Assembly: GCA_963833905.1 (NCBI GenBank)
Contig: CAWHZQ010000003.1
Coordinates: forward strand, 147,509-211,508
Length of the DNA: 64,000 bases
Direction: 5' to 3'
From: an uncultured Gemmatimonadales bacterium
Lineage (GTDB): Bacteria > Gemmatimonadota > Gemmatimonadetes > Gemmatimonadales > GWC2-71-9
The position numbers were made by a program, and so were the translations under genes. How positions within the stretch are numbered: position 1 is the stretch's first letter; each line of letters opens with the position of its first letter. The notes beneath the pieces are model-generated. The model ran no database searches. It was not told the DNA's origin and was given only the letters and a program-made list of their open reading frames with translations. Below are positions 1 through 13,045 of this stretch, in pieces.

Positions 1-185
1 GCTGCTCGCCGAAGGACTGGTGGACCGGTACTACTGGGTGCAGACGCCGCTCTGGCTCGGCGCCGAGCGCGGTGCCCGCCGTCGCCGGCCTCCCGACGAC
101 GCCGCTCGACAAGGCCGCGCGCTGGCGCGTCACCGACCGCCGCGCGCTGGGCGACGACACGCTGCTCGTGCTGGACCGGCCCTGA
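1..185 (+). CDS. ribD: RibD C-terminal fragment (riboflavin deaminase/reductase), truncated by the window edge, with one frame break near 62
   Basis: Frame 2 reads LLAEGLVDRYYWVQTPLWLG. Frame 0 then reads VPAVAGLPTTPLDKAARWRVTDRRALGDDTLLVLDRP, ending at TGA 183-185, which overlaps the ribE ATG. It sits upstream of ribE-ribBA-ribH. Confidence 0.6.
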   Translation, partial: CSPKDWWTGTTGCRRRSGSAPSAVPAVAGLPTTPLDKAARWRVTDRRALGDDTLLVLDRP

Positions 186-790
186 TGTTCACCGGCATCG
201 TCACCGCCATCGGCCAGGTGCGCCGCCGCGTCGCGGGCGAGAGCGGGCTCGAGCTCACGATCACCTGTCCCTATGAAGGGCTCGTGCCGGGCGAGAGCAT
301 CGCGGTGGACGGGGCCTGCCTGACGGCCCAGTCGGTGGCTTCGGGCGAGTTCACATCTCACATCATACGTACGTCGCTAGACCGAACCAATTTCAGCACT
401 TACGAGGTCGGCCGGAAGCTGAATCTCGAGCGGGCGCTGCAGGTCGGCGACCGGCTCGGCGGGCACCTGGTGCAGGGCCACGTGGACGGCGTCGGCACGG
501 TCGAGCGGGTGGCGACGCGGGAGGACGCGCGGCTGCTCGACCTCCGGGTGCCCGAGGAGGTGGCCCGGGTCTCGGTCCCGCTCGGCTCGATCACGGTCGA
601 TGGCGTGAGCCTCACCGTGAACGCGATTCCGGCCCCGGGCGTGATCCAGATCTCCCTGATTCCGTTTACCTTACAGCATACTACGCTGGGGGAGCGGCAG
701 GCCGGGGATCGGGTCCACCTCGAGGCGGACACGATCGGCAAGTACGTGGCCCAGCTCCTTCGCGCCCGCGGCGATCTGGGAGCGTCATGA
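185..790 (+). CDS. ribE: Riboflavin synthase alpha chain
   Basis: ATG 185 lies inside ORF 20..790 and opens [13 protein letters not shown] second lumazine-binding repeat reads [16 protein letters not shown] overlaps occur at both ends. Confidence 0.9.
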   Translation: MFTGIVTAIGQVRRRVAGESGLELTITCPYEGLVPGESIAVDGACLTAQSVASGEFTSHIIRTSLDRTNFSTYEVGRKLNLERALQVGDRLGGHLVQGHVDGVGTVERVATREDARLLDLRVPEEVARVSVPLGSITVDGVSLTVNAIPAPGVIQISLIPFTLQHTTLGERQAGDRVHLEADTIGKYVAQLLRARGDLGAS

Positions 791-1997
791 GCACCTTCGG
801 CACCATCGAGCAGGCGATCGACGACCTGCGCAACGGCAAGATCATCATCGTGGCCGACGACGAGGACCGCGAGAACGAGGGCGACCTCGTCTGCGCGGCC
901 GAGCTCGCGACGCCCGAGATGATCAACTTCATGACCCTGCACGGGCGCGGCCTCATCTGCCTCGCGCTCACCGGGCGAGCGCTGCGACCAGCTGGGCCTG
1001 CCGCAGATGACCGATCGGAACACCGAGGAGCTCTCGACCGCCTTCACGGTGAGCATCGACGCGGAGCGCCGCTTCGGCGTCACGACCGGTATCTCCGCCA
1101 CCGACCGCGCCACCACGATCCACGTCGCCATCAATCCCGCCACCGTGCCGTCCGATCTCCGGCGGCCGGGCCACATCTTCCCGCTGCGCGCTCGCCCGGG
1201 CGGCGTGCTGCAGCGGGTAGGGCAGACCGAGGCCAGCGTGGACCTGGCGCGGCTCGCCGGGCTCGTGCCCGCCGGCGTCATCTGCGAGATCCTCAACCCC
1301 GACGGCTCGATGGCGCGGCGTCCGGAGCTGCAGACGATCGCGGAGCAGCACCACCTCACGTTCGTCACGGTCGCCCAGCTCGTGGCCTACCGGCTCCAGA
1401 CCGAGCAGCTGGTCCACCGCGTCGCCGAGGCGCGGATCCCGACCGACTTCGGCGAGTTCACCATCATCGGCTACCAGAACGACGTGGACAAGGCGGAGCA
1501 CATCGCGCTGGTGTTCGGCGAGGTGGCCGGCCAACCCGGCATCCTCGTTCGCATGCACTCGAAGTGCCTCACGGGCGACGTGTTCGGCTCGCAGCGCTGC
1601 GATTGCGGCCCGCAGCTCCACCGCGCCATGGAGATGGTGGCGCGGCGAGGGCCGCGGGGTCATCGTCTATCTCGACCAGGAAGGGCGGGGCATCGGCCTG
1701 CTCAACAAGCTCCGGGCCTATGCGCTGCAGGACGCCGGCGCCGACACGGTGCAGGCCAACGAGCGGCTGGGCTTCGCGCCCGACCTCCGCAACTACGGCA
1801 TCGGCGCGCAGATCCTGCGCGACCTCGGGCTGAGCTCGATCCGGGTGATGACCAACAATCCGCGCAAGCTCGTCGGCCTCGAGGGCTACGGGCTCCAGAT
1901 CGTGGAGCGGGTGCCGCTCGTCACCGACCCCAACCAGGAGAACCGCGGATACCTGCAGGTCAAGCGCGACAAGCTCGGCCACCTCCTCGCCCACTGA
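787..1997 (+). CDS. ribBA: Bifunctional DHBP synthase / GTP cyclohydrolase II, with two frame breaks (near 975 and 1650)
   Basis: Three successive frames carry it. From 787: [17 protein letters not shown]. In the frame of ORF 1007: [14 protein letters not shown] through [22 protein letters not shown]. In ORF 1749..1997: [25 protein letters not shown]. Confidence 0.85.
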
Positions 1998-1999
1998 CC

Positions 2000-2476
2000 G
2001 TGCCCGATTTCTCCTTTCGCCTCCGCGCCGTGGGGCGCGTGGCGATCCTCGCCAGCCGCTACAACGAGCTGATCACCAATCGGCTCCTCGAAGGCGCGCT
2101 CGCGTGCTGCGCGGAGGCGGGACTCGCGCGGGACGCGGTCGACGTCGTGTGGGTGCCGGGCGCGTTCGAGCTTCCCGTGGCGGCGGCCGCGGCCGCGGGC
2201 ACCCGGCGCTATGCCTGCCTCGTGGCGCTCGGCGCGGTCATCCGGGGCGACACGCCGCACTTCGACTTCGTGGCCGGCGAGGCGGCACGCGGCCTCAACG
2301 CGGTGGCGGTGGCGCACGCGCTGCCGGTGGGGTTCGGCGTGCTCACGGTGGACACCATGCAGCAGGCGGTGGACCGGGCCGGCGGGAGCGCGGGCAACAA
2401 GGGGCACGAGGCCGCGGCCGCGGCACTCCAGGCCGCCGACGTCATCGCGCAGCTGCGGGCCGTGGTCGATGCTTAG
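2000..2476 (+). CDS. ribH: 6,7-dimethyl-8-ribityllumazine synthase
   Basis: GTG 2000 is in the frame of ORF 1007..2476. Motifs: VAILASRYNELITNRLLEGA, WVPGAFELP, IRGDTPHFDFV. Confidence 0.9.
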   Translation: MPDFSFRLRAVGRVAILASRYNELITNRLLEGALACCAEAGLARDAVDVVWVPGAFELPVAAAAAAGTRRYACLVALGAVIRGDTPHFDFVAGEAARGLNAVAVAHALPVGFGVLTVDTMQQAVDRAGGSAGNKGHEAAAAALQAADVIAQLRAVVDA

Positions 2477-2882
2477 AGCCGAGACCAAGAGCCGTGCCCG
2501 CGCACTCCAGCTGCTCTACGCCTGGGAGATGCAGGGCGCCCCGCCGGTGCCCGGCGTCGCGAGCGGCCTGTCCCGGCTGACCGGCCCGGAGCCCCGCATC
2601 CTCGATCGGGCCGAGGAGCTGGCGCAGGGGGTGATCGCCGACGTGGGCGCGATCGACGCCGAAGCCGCGCGGGCGAGCGAAAACTGGCGGATGAGCCGCA
2701 TCGCCGTCGTCGAGCGCAACATCCTCCGGCTGGGAATCCTCGAGCTCCGGCTGGGGCAGGTGCCGCCCAAGGTGGCGATCGACGAGGCCGTGCGGCTGGC
2801 GCACTGGTTCGGCGGCGCGCGGGCGCCGGGCTTCGTGAACGGGGTCCTCGACGGAATCGCGCGGACGCTCGGCCGGCTGTGA
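2469..2882 (+). CDS. nusB: Transcription antitermination factor NusB
   Basis: ATG 2469 lies within ORF 2211..2882. Motifs: RSRARALQLLYAWEM, RIAVVERNILRLGILEL, AIDEAVRLAHWFG. Confidence 0.85.
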   Translation: MLRAETKSRARALQLLYAWEMQGAPPVPGVASGLSRLTGPEPRILDRAEELAQGVIADVGAIDAEAARASENWRMSRIAVVERNILRLGILELRLGQVPPKVAIDEAVRLAHWFGGARAPGFVNGVLDGIARTLGRL

Positions 2883-4001
2883 ATGCGCTCGTGGTCAACT
2901 GGCAGGACCGCGAGAACCCGCTGTCGGGTGGAGCCGAGATCCACTTGTTCGAGATCTTCGGCCGGCTGGCGGCGCGGGGGCATCGGGTGCGGCTCGTCTG
3001 CTCGGGCTGGCCCGGCGCGGCCCCGCGGACGACGCTCGATGGGATCGCGGTCGAGCGCACCGGCACCCGCAACAGCTTCGCGCTGCTCGGCCGCGGCGCC
3101 GTGCGCCGGGCGCTCCGGGCGGAGCCGGCCGACGTGGTCGTCGAGGACATCAACAAGCTGCCGCTCTTTCTCGCGGGAATGACCGATCGCCCGTTCTGCG
3201 CCATCGTGCCGCATCTCTTCGGCACGACCGCGTTCGAGGAGGCGCCCTGGCCGATGGCCGCCGCGGTCTGGGCGGCCGAGCGGCCGCTGGCGCGGGCCTA
3301 CGCCCGCGCGGGGTTCCACGCCATCAGCGAGAGCACGCGCGACGACCTCGTCGCGCGGGGCGTGCCCGCCGCGCGGATCCGGGTGATCCATCCGGGCGTC
3401 GACAGCGCCCGCTACACGCCGGACCCCGATGGCCGCCGCGCGGCCGCGCCGAGCTTCTTGTACGTTGGACGGTTGAAGCGTTATAAAGGAATCGGGTCCG
3501 CGCTCCGTGCCCTGGCGCTCGCCCGCGCGCGGCGGCCGGATCTCTCGCTGGACATCGCCGGCAGCGGCGACTACCGCGGCGAGCTCGAGCGGCTGACGGC
3601 GGAGCTGGGTCTCGCGAGCGCCGTGCGCTTTCACGGCTTCGTGACCGAGGCCGAGAAGATCGGCCTGCTCAGGCGGGCCTGGGCGAACGTGTTCCCGTCG
3701 CCCAAGGAAGGCTGGGGCATCACGGTGGTCGAGGCGGCCGCGTGCGGTACGCCCTCGATTGCCTCGGACAGTCCCGGCCTGCGCGACTCGGTGCGCCACG
3801 GCGAGACCGGATACCTGGTGCCACACGGGGACGTTGAGGGCCTGGCGGGCCGGATGCTGGAGCTTGCCGGCCGCGCCGGACCGCGTCGCCTCGCTCGGTG
3901 CCGCCGCGCGCCGCTTCGCCGAGGGCCTCACCTGGGATCGAACAGCGACCGACACGGAGCGACATCTCCGCGACATCATCGCCGGCTCGGGCGGCGCCTG
4001 A
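2879..4001 (+). CDS. GT4-family (GT-B) glycosyltransferase, with one frame break near 3865
   Basis: GTG 2879 overlaps the nusB stop. Motifs: FLYVGRLKRYKGI, FPSPKEGWGITVVEAAACGTPSIASD, GETGYLV. The C-terminus AARRFAEGLTWDRTA continues in the frame of ORF 3759..4001. Confidence 0.75.
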
Positions 4002-4018
4002 GCCAGGAGGAACGTGCC

Positions 4019-4333
4019 ATGCAGACGACGATCACCGCCCGCCATTCCGAGATCTCCGAGGCGCTGCGCGAGCACGCCCTCGCGGTGATGGAGCGCCTGG
4101 GGGAGCTGGCCCACCGGCCGGTCGAGTCGGCCATCGTGTTCGACCGTGACGGCCTGCAGGCCACGGCCGAGCTCCGGCTGCACGCCTCGCGCGGCGAGCT
4201 GCTCGTGGCCCGGGGCGAGGGCGACGATCATCGCACGGCGCTCGACCGCGCCGAGGAGCGGCTCCGCCGCCAGCTCGACAAGGTCGCTCCCCGCTCGCGC
4301 CGCTCGCGCGACGCCGAGCCCAAGATCGGCTGA
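4019..4333 (+). CDS. hpf: Ribosome hibernation promoting factor / RaiA family (short form)
   Basis: AGGAGG at 4005-4010 precedes ATG 4019. The protein opens MQTTITARHSEISEALREHA and is 104 aa. It is embedded in the tail of ORF 2879..4333. Confidence 0.8.
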   Translation: MQTTITARHSEISEALREHALAVMERLGELAHRPVESAIVFDRDGLQATAELRLHASRGELLVARGEGDDHRTALDRAEERLRRQLDKVAPRSRRSRDAEPKIG

Positions 4334-5295
4334 TGCTCCGACTCCGCGACTTCGTCTCCCGCCGCGGCGAGCCGCTCCAGCTCGAGGCGCTGACCGGCGA
4401 TCTCGGGCTGGACCGCCAGATGCCCGAGGCCGAGGTCGCGAGCCCGGGGCTGGCCCTCGCCGGCTACACCGGCCGCTTCGCTCCCAACCGGATCCACGTC
4501 TTCGGCGAGACCGAGATCACCTATCTCAACTCGCTCTCCGCCGAAGAGCGCCAGGCGACGCTGAACAAGTTCTTCGGCTTCGACCTCCCGTGCATCTTCG
4601 TGACCAAGGGGCAGGAGGTGCCGCCGGAGATGCTCGAGCTGGCCCGCGCGCGGAGCGTCCCCGTGTTCCGCTCGAAGCTCAAGACGGCCGAGTTCTACCG
4701 CCGCATCAAGCCGGTGGTCGAGGAGGCGTTCGCCCCCCGCACGACGCTGCACGGCTCGCTGGCCGACGTGTACGGCGTGGGGCTGCTCTTCATCGGCCGC
4801 TCGGGGATCGGGAAGAGCGAGTGCGTGCTCGACCTGGTCGAGCGCGGTCACCGCCTGGTGGCGGACGACGTGGTCCAGGTCACCCGCCGCGGCAACGACG
4901 TGCTGATCGGACGGGGTCACGAGCTGGCGGCGCACCACATGGAGATCCGCGGCATCGGGCTCATCGACATTCCCGCGCTGTTCGGCGTGCGCTCCGTGCG
5001 GCAGCAGAAGCGGATCGAGGTCGTGGTGCAGCTCGAGGACTGGGAGACGGCCAAGGACACCGACCGGACCGGGCTCGCGCGCGAGGAGACGATGATTCTC
5101 GACGTCGCCGTGCCACGCGTGGTGGTTCCGCTCAACCCGGGCAAGAACATCACGGTCATCTCGGAGGTGGTGGCGATGATGCATCTGCTCCGCTATTCCG
5201 GCGTGGACGTCGCGGCGGCGTTCAACGCCCGGCTCATCAAGCGGATGAAGGAGCAGCGCGGGGTCCGGGAGTATCTCCAGGAAGACTATGAGTGA
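4333..5295 (+). CDS. hprK: HPr kinase/phosphorylase
   Basis: The 320-aa ORF is intact. It has the P-loop FIGRSGIGKSECVLDLVERGHRLVADD and MEIRGIGLIDI. Confidence 0.9.
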   Translation: MLRLRDFVSRRGEPLQLEALTGDLGLDRQMPEAEVASPGLALAGYTGRFAPNRIHVFGETEITYLNSLSAEERQATLNKFFGFDLPCIFVTKGQEVPPEMLELARARSVPVFRSKLKTAEFYRRIKPVVEEAFAPRTTLHGSLADVYGVGLLFIGRSGIGKSECVLDLVERGHRLVADDVVQVTRRGNDVLIGRGHELAAHHMEIRGIGLIDIPALFGVRSVRQQKRIEVVVQLEDWETAKDTDRTGLAREETMILDVAVPRVVVPLNPGKNITVISEVVAMMHLLRYSGVDVAAAFNARLIKRMKEQRGVREYLQEDYE

Positions 5296-5662
5296 CGAGC
5301 TGCGGGGCGTGGTGGTGTGTCACGGGCGCCTCGCGGGCGCCCTGGTGGAGGCGGCCGAGCAGATCAGCGGAGTGACCGGCGCCCTGGTGGCGGTGTCGAA
5401 CACGGGATGCGACCGGGGCGCGCTCGAGGAGCGGGTGGCCGAGGCGGTCGGCCCAGGGCCGGCCGTCGTCTTCGTCGACCTGGCGAGCGGCTCCTGCCTC
5501 TTCGCGGTGCTCAACCGGCTCCGCGCCAGCAACACCGCCAAGGCCGTGACCGGGGTGAACCTGGCCATGCTGGTGGACTTCGTGTTCCACCGCTCGCTCG
5601 CGCTCGACGAGGCGGCGGCGCGGGCGGCGATCGCGGGCGAGAAGGCGATCCGGGTTCCCTGA
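5288..5662 (+). CDS. PTS EIIA component, mannose/fructose/sorbose family
   Basis: ORF 5288..5662 encodes 124 aa. GVVVCHGRLAGALVEAAEQI contains the EIIA-Man type His. Confidence 0.75.
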   Translation: MSDELRGVVVCHGRLAGALVEAAEQISGVTGALVAVSNTGCDRGALEERVAEAVGPGPAVVFVDLASGSCLFAVLNRLRASNTAKAVTGVNLAMLVDFVFHRSLALDEAAARAAIAGEKAIRVP

Positions 5663-6138
5663 TGCCGATCGTGCTCTGCCGGGTGGACGACCGACTCGTG
5701 CACGGCCAGGTCGTGATCGGCTGGGGACGGCCGCTCGGCGTCGAGTTCATCGTGCTGGTGGACGAGGGCGTGTCGGCGAGCCCGTGGGAGCAGGACCTCT
5801 ACCGCATGGCGGTGCCGCCCGAGATCGAGATCCGGTTCGCCACCGTGGCGGAGGCTTCGGCGGAGCTGGCCGCGTGGCAGGCGGGCACGCGCCGCGGCCT
5901 GCTCCTCACCGGCGATCTCGACACCATGGCGGCGCTCCACCGGGCGAACCCCGCGGTGGTGCACCGGATCAACCTCGGCGGCGTGCACCATCGGCCGGGC
6001 CGGCGCGAGCGGCTGCCGTACCTCTACCTCACCGACGAGGAGCTGCGCGGGCTGGTCGCGCTGTCGGCGGACGGCGCGGAGGTGACCGCGCAGGACCTGC
6101 CCACGTCGGCACCGGTCGCGCTCCGGGCGCTGACATGA
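5662..6138 (+). CDS. PTS EIIB component, mannose/sorbose family
   Basis: ATG 5662 is in the frame of ORF 5317..6138. MPIVLCRVDDRLVHGQVVIGW is the phospho-His motif. Confidence 0.8.
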   Translation: MPIVLCRVDDRLVHGQVVIGWGRPLGVEFIVLVDEGVSASPWEQDLYRMAVPPEIEIRFATVAEASAELAAWQAGTRRGLLLTGDLDTMAALHRANPAVVHRINLGGVHHRPGRRERLPYLYLTDEELRGLVALSADGAEVTAQDLPTSAPVALRALT

Positions 6139-6817
6139 TCGAGCTCGCGCCGCACACGATCGTCCTGCTCGTCCTTTGGGGCACCGTGGTCGCGCTCGAT
6201 CTGGTGAGCGTGCCGCAGGCGATGCTCTCGCGTCCGCTCGTCGCCGGCACGGTCGCGGGCTGGCTCGTCGGCGACGTGGAGGCCGGGCTCCGGGTCGGCG
6301 TCGTGCTGGAGCTCTTCGCGCTGGACGTGCTCCCCATCGGCGCGGTGCGGTATCCGGACTACGGGCCGGCCACCGTCGCGGCCGTGGCGCTCGCGGCGGG
6401 CGCGCCGTGGGAGCTGGGGCTCGGGCTCAGCGTCGGCCTGGCGCTGGTGCTCGCGGCGCTGGGCGGGTGGAGCCTGCAGACGGTGCGGCGCTGGAATGCG
6501 CTCTCGATCCAACACCGCGCGGCGGCGCTCGCCGCCGGCGAGAGCCGGCGCGATCCGTCGTCTGCAGTACGCCGGGCTCGCTCCGCGACGCGGGGCGGGG
6601 CGCGCTGCTCACCGTCCTCGGCCTGGTCGGCGCATGGGCGCTCGGGCGCTGGGCCGTGCTCGACCGCGAGACCGCCGTCGGCCTCACGCTGGTGGCCATC
6701 GGCGCCGGCCTCTCGGCGGTGGCCGGCGGGGCGGTGCGGAGCGCGGGCCGAGGGGCCCGGCTCAGGTGGCTCGTGGCCGGCGCTGTTGCCGGCACCGTGC
6801 TGGCGGTGCTCCGATGA
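6135..6817 (+). CDS. PTS EIIC component, mannose family, with two frame breaks (near 6550 and 6590)
   Basis: ATG 6135 forms an ATGA overlap. The product is polytopic: MIELAPHTIVLLVLWGTVVALD. The reading runs frame 0 to 1 to 2 and ends ...AGAVAGTVLAVLR at 6817. Confidence 0.65.
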
Positions 6818-7549
6818 CCGGCGGCTGGCGCGCGCTGCTCCGGCTGCTCGCGGTGCAGGGGACCTGGAATTACGAGCGGATGCTCGGCGTCGGGATGGGC
6901 TACGCCGCGGAGCCGCTCCTGGAGGATCTCAAGACGGTCGACCCGGTGCGTCACGGGGAGGCGGTCGTGCGGTCGGCGGAGTTCTTCAACTGCAATCCCA
7001 ACCTGGCCGGACTGGCGCTCGGGGCCACGGCGCGAGCGGAGTACGAGGCGGTGCCCGGCGCGCAGATCGCGCGGCTCCGCACCGCGCTCTGCAGCCCGCT
7101 CGGCGCCATGGGCGACGAGCTGTTCTGGGCGGGGCTCGTTCCGGCGCTCGCCGGCCTGGCGCTGGCGGCCGTCGTGCTGGGCGCCGGCTGGTGGGCGGTG
7201 CTCGGTCTGCTGGTTGCCTACAACCTGGTGCGGGCCGGAACCGCCGTGTGGGCGCTGCAGCACGGGGTTCGACGCGGGCATGCGCGTCGGGACGGCGATC
7301 GGCGCCTCGTGGCTGCCGCGCGCCGTGACGCGCATCGGTCCGGTGGCGGGGGCGAGCATCGGGCTCGCGATTCCGCTGGTGGCCGGGTGGTATCTACGCG
7401 GCTTTGGCTGGGCCGGCGCCATCGGGTCGCTGGCCGTGGCCGCGGTCGGGGCGTCGGTGTCCCGGTGGTTCGGCCCCTCCCTGACGAGCGTGCGCTTCGC
7501 GCTGCTCGCCATGGCGCTCCTTCTCTTCTTCCGCTGGGTGGGACTGTGA
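6814..7549 (+). CDS. PTS EIID component, mannose family, with one frame break near 7265
   Basis: From ATG 6814 the sequence reads AVQGTWNYERMLGVGMGYAAEPLL. The transmembrane C-terminus lies in the frame of ORF 7214..7549. Confidence 0.65.
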
Positions 7550-7813
7550 TCGAGCGGGAGGCCACCATCGTGAACCAGGAAGGGCTCCACGCCCGCCCCG
7601 CCGCGCGCATCGTGCGCCTGGCGAACAGCTTCGCGGCCGATATCGAGCTGGCGAAGGACGGCCTGGCGGTGAACGGCAAGAGCATCATGGGCGTCATGAT
7701 GCTCGCGGCCGAGCACGGAAGCTCGATCCTCATCCGCGCCAACGGCCCCGACGCCGAGCAGGCCGTGCAGGCGCTCGCCGAGCTCGTGGCGAGCGGGTTC
7801 GGGGAGACGATGA
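7546..7813 (+). CDS. ptsH: Phosphocarrier protein HPr
   Basis: GTG 7546 overlaps the IID stop. NQEGLHARPAARIV carries His15 and NGKSIMGVMML carries Ser46. There is no in-frame stop before ptsI. Dropping one G from GGGG 7801-7804 gives ...GFGRR followed by TGA 7811-7813, which overlaps the ptsI ATG. Confidence 0.85.
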
Positions 7814-9626
7814 CGATGACCCGCTCGCTCCGTGGCATCGGCGTCTCTCCCGGCGTGGCCTGCGCGCCGGCGTTCGTCGTGCGCTGGGACTTCCCCAATG
7901 TCCCCGACCGCGCGGTCAAGCCGGAGCACGTCGAGCTCGAGGTGCGCCGGCTGCGCGAAGCGGTGGACTACGTCGTGAGCCACCTGAACGATCTCGGCCA
8001 GCGCGTGCTGCAGCGCGCGGGCCCGGAGGAGTCCCGCATCTTCGACGCGCAGATCATGATGGCGCAGGACGAGGATTTCCTGGGCTCGGTCGAGACGCTC
8101 ATCCGGAAGAACACGCTGAGCGCCGAGACGGCCTACGAGTTCAAGGCGCTCGAGCTCCGGAACCTGTGGTCCGGCGCCGCTCGGCTCCGCGAGCGGCTGG
8201 CCGACCTCCATGCGATCCAGCTCCGGATGATCAACCGGCTGATGGGCAGCGCGGGCCCGGAGCTCTGGTCGGTGCCCGCGGACGAGCAGGTCATCGTCGT
8301 CGCGCACGAGCTCTCGCCCGGGCTGACCGTGCAGCTCGATCGCGAGCACGTCGTCGGGCTCATCAGCGAGGAGGGCACCAGGACGGCGCACGCCGCCATC
8401 CTGGCCCACTCGCTGGGCATTCCGGCCGTCATGGGCGCGGTGGGCGCCATGGCCGCGATCCCGCCGGGGATGATGGTGCTGCTCGACGGGCAGAGCGGCA
8501 GCATCGTCCTCGATCCCACCCGCGACGAGCTCGAGGAGGCCAAGACCCAGGTCAGCCGGCGGCACAAGCTGGAGCTGCAGCTCGAGGCCGTGGTCGAGTC
8601 GCCCGCCGTCACGCCCGGCGGCCAGCCGATCCTGCTCATGGGCAACGTCGATCTGCCCGAGGAGATCGAGAGCGCGGTCCGCATGGGCGCCCAGGGTGTC
8701 GGGCTGCTCCGCACCGAGTTCCTGCTCACCGGCCGCGCGGCGCTCCCCACCGAGACCGAGCAGGCCGACTATTTCCGCCGTGTCGCCACCGCGTTCCACG
8801 GGCACACGGTCATCATCCGCTCCTACGATCTCGGTGGCGACAAGTTCCCGGTGGCGTTCAAGGCACCGGCGGAGGCCAACCCATTTCTCGGCTGGCGCTC
8901 CATCCGCGTCTGCCTCGACGAGCCCGACGTGTTCCGGCCCCAGGTGCGGGCGGTGCTCCGGGCGGCGCTCGGCCGCGACGTCCAGCTCATGCTGCCGCTG
9001 GTCACGCTGGTGGAGGAAGTGGAGATGGCGCGGGAGATCGTGCTGGAGGAGGGCGCAGGCGCTCCTGCGCGAGGGCATCCAGGCGGCGGAGTCGGTGCCG
9101 GTGGGTGTCATGATCGAGACCCCGGCCGCGGTGCTGATCGCCGACCGGCTGGCGGAGGTGAGCGCGTTCTTCAGCATCGGCACCAACGATCTGACCCAGT
9201 ACACCCTGGCGGTCGATCGCGGCAACGCGCGGCTCGCGGACCGGTTCACGCCCCATCATCCGTCGATCGTCCGGCAGCTCCACTCGGTGCTGCAGGTCGG
9301 GCGCTCGGCCGGAATTCCGGTCAGCGTGTGCGGCGAGATGGCCTCCGAGCCGCTCAGCGCGGTCCTGCTCCTCGGGCTCGGGATACGAGCGGCTGAGCGT
9401 CTCGCCGCCGGCGCTTCCGCTGGTCAAGTGGGTGGTGCGAACGGTGCCGGAGCCGGCGGCTGCGCGCGCGGCCGAATCCGCGCTCGCGGCCGCCAGCGCG
9501 GCGGATGTGACCGAGACGCTCCGGAGCGTGGTCGGCGAATACATCGACGTCCGGCTCCTGGACCCGGGCTCGGCGTTGCCCGGGCGCGGACGGGTCGCTA
9601 CCTTGCCACCCGTCAAGCGTCTGTAA
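7810..9626 (+). CDS. ptsI: PTS enzyme I, with two frame breaks (near 9045 and 9385)
   Basis: Motifs: [32 protein letters not shown] (active His), [24 protein letters not shown]. It spans the frames of ORFs 6496.., 8696.. and 9432..9626. Confidence 0.85.
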
Positions 9627-9672
9627 CTCGCGCTCTAGAACACACTTCACTTCAGCAACGGACCAGGAACTG

Positions 9673-12266
<2,594 letters not shown>

Positions 12267-12306
12267 GGGCCGTCTCCGGGCGGAGTTGAGCCTCCGGCAG
12301 GCGTTT

Positions 12307-12381
12307 TTCACCACAGAGGCACAGAGGACACAGAGAACGACAGATAATTGGTCTCTGTGTCCTCTGTGTCTCTGTGGTGAA
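12307..12381. repeat. REP-like palindromic element, family B (copy B1, CACAGAGG units)
   Basis: Left arm TTCACCACAGAGGCACAGAGGACACAGAGA, loop ACGACAGATAATTGG, right arm TCTCTGTGTCCTCTGTGTCTCTGTGGTGAA. The 30-bp stem has 1 mismatch and lies 41 nt after the ahcY stop. GTGGTG(A/C)A recurs at 12375, 12393 and 12411. Confidence 0.85.
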
Positions 12382-12468
12382 GGGGCCGCGGGGTGGTGAA
12401 GGTGTCGCGTGTGGTGCAAAGAATGGCGGTTGCGGCGTGGCATCCCCGCCCGGAGTTATGATTCAAGC

Positions 12469-12960
12469 ATGATCGAAGTCACCGTGGCCCATCTGGGCCT
12501 CGACCGCACCACCAACACCCCCGTCGTCATCCTCCGGGAGAAGGACGGGTCGCGTGTGCTGCCCATCTGGATCGGGCCCGCGGAGGCGAGCGCCATCGCG
12601 ATGGAGCTCCAGGGCATGAAGGCCCAGCGGCCACTCACCCACGACCTCCTCAAGCAGATCCTCGTGGGCCTGGGCGGCGATCTCCGGCGGGTGGTGATCA
12701 GCGCGGTCAAGGAGAACACCTACTTCGCCGAGCTGCTCATCCGGCGCGACGACCACGTCTTCCAGGTCGACGCGCGGCCGTCCGACAGCATCGCCCTCGC
12801 CCTGAGAATGCGCGCGCCCATCTTCACCAGCGATCAACTGCTCGATCAGAGCGGCGTCGAGGCCGACGAGCCGTCGCCGAACCCGTCGCTCGAGGCGGAC
12901 AAGCTCAAGGAGTATCTCGAGCGCATGGATCCGCAGGACTTCGGGAAGTTCAATCCCTGA
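12469..12960 (+). CDS. Bifunctional nuclease family protein (DUF151-like)
   Basis: ATG 12469 lies in ORF 12409..12960. Motifs: VVILREKDGSRVLPIWIGPAEASAIA, THDLL, FQVDARPSDSIALALR. Confidence 0.7.
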   Translation: MIEVTVAHLGLDRTTNTPVVILREKDGSRVLPIWIGPAEASAIAMELQGMKAQRPLTHDLLKQILVGLGGDLRRVVISAVKENTYFAELLIRRDDHVFQVDARPSDSIALALRMRAPIFTSDQLLDQSGVEADEPSPNPSLEADKLKEYLERMDPQDFGKFNP

Positions 12961-12979
12961 GCGGGGGATGTCCTCCTCC

Positions 12980-13045
12980 GTCACCCTGAGCGCAGCGAAG
13001 GGGGCATGCCTTGGGTGATGCCCCCTTCGCTGCGCTCAGGGTGAC
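12980..13045. repeat. REP-like palindromic element, family A (copy A1)
   Basis: Left arm GTCACCCTGAGCGCAGCGAAGGGGGCAT, loop GCCTTGGGTG, right arm ATGCCCCCTTCGCTGCGCTCAGGGTGAC. The 28-bp stem is perfect and lies 20 nt after the upstream stop. Confidence 0.9.

Noticed and set aside
6427-9249. Very long (-) strand ORFs: 6427..9249 at 940 aa, 23619..26354 at 911 aa, 58604..61177 at 857 aa, 41624..43789 at 721 aa, 33278..35428 at 716 aa, 16961..19078 at 705 aa and 2516..4231 at 571 aa.
   Set aside because: They are antisense shadows of well-supported + strand genes in stop-codon-poor 70% GC DNA. Their translations are low-complexity Arg/Pro/Ala/Gly-rich with no recognisable motifs.
7546-9626. An apparent HPr-Enzyme I fusion (multiphosphoryl transfer protein).
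   Set aside because: There is no in-frame stop. However, one fewer G in GGGG 7801-7804 gives TGA 7811-13 overlapping the ptsI ATG 7810. Given the indel load, separate ptsH and ptsI genes are the conservative reading. A true fusion cannot be fully excluded without better sequence.
12307-12381. Possible CRISPR array or tandem-repeat locus, suggested by the CACAGAGG/CACGAAGG repeats.
   Set aside because: The units are only 8-9 nt, directly abutting with no spacers, and arranged as an inverted repeat. No cas genes are present. No CRISPR array exists in this window.
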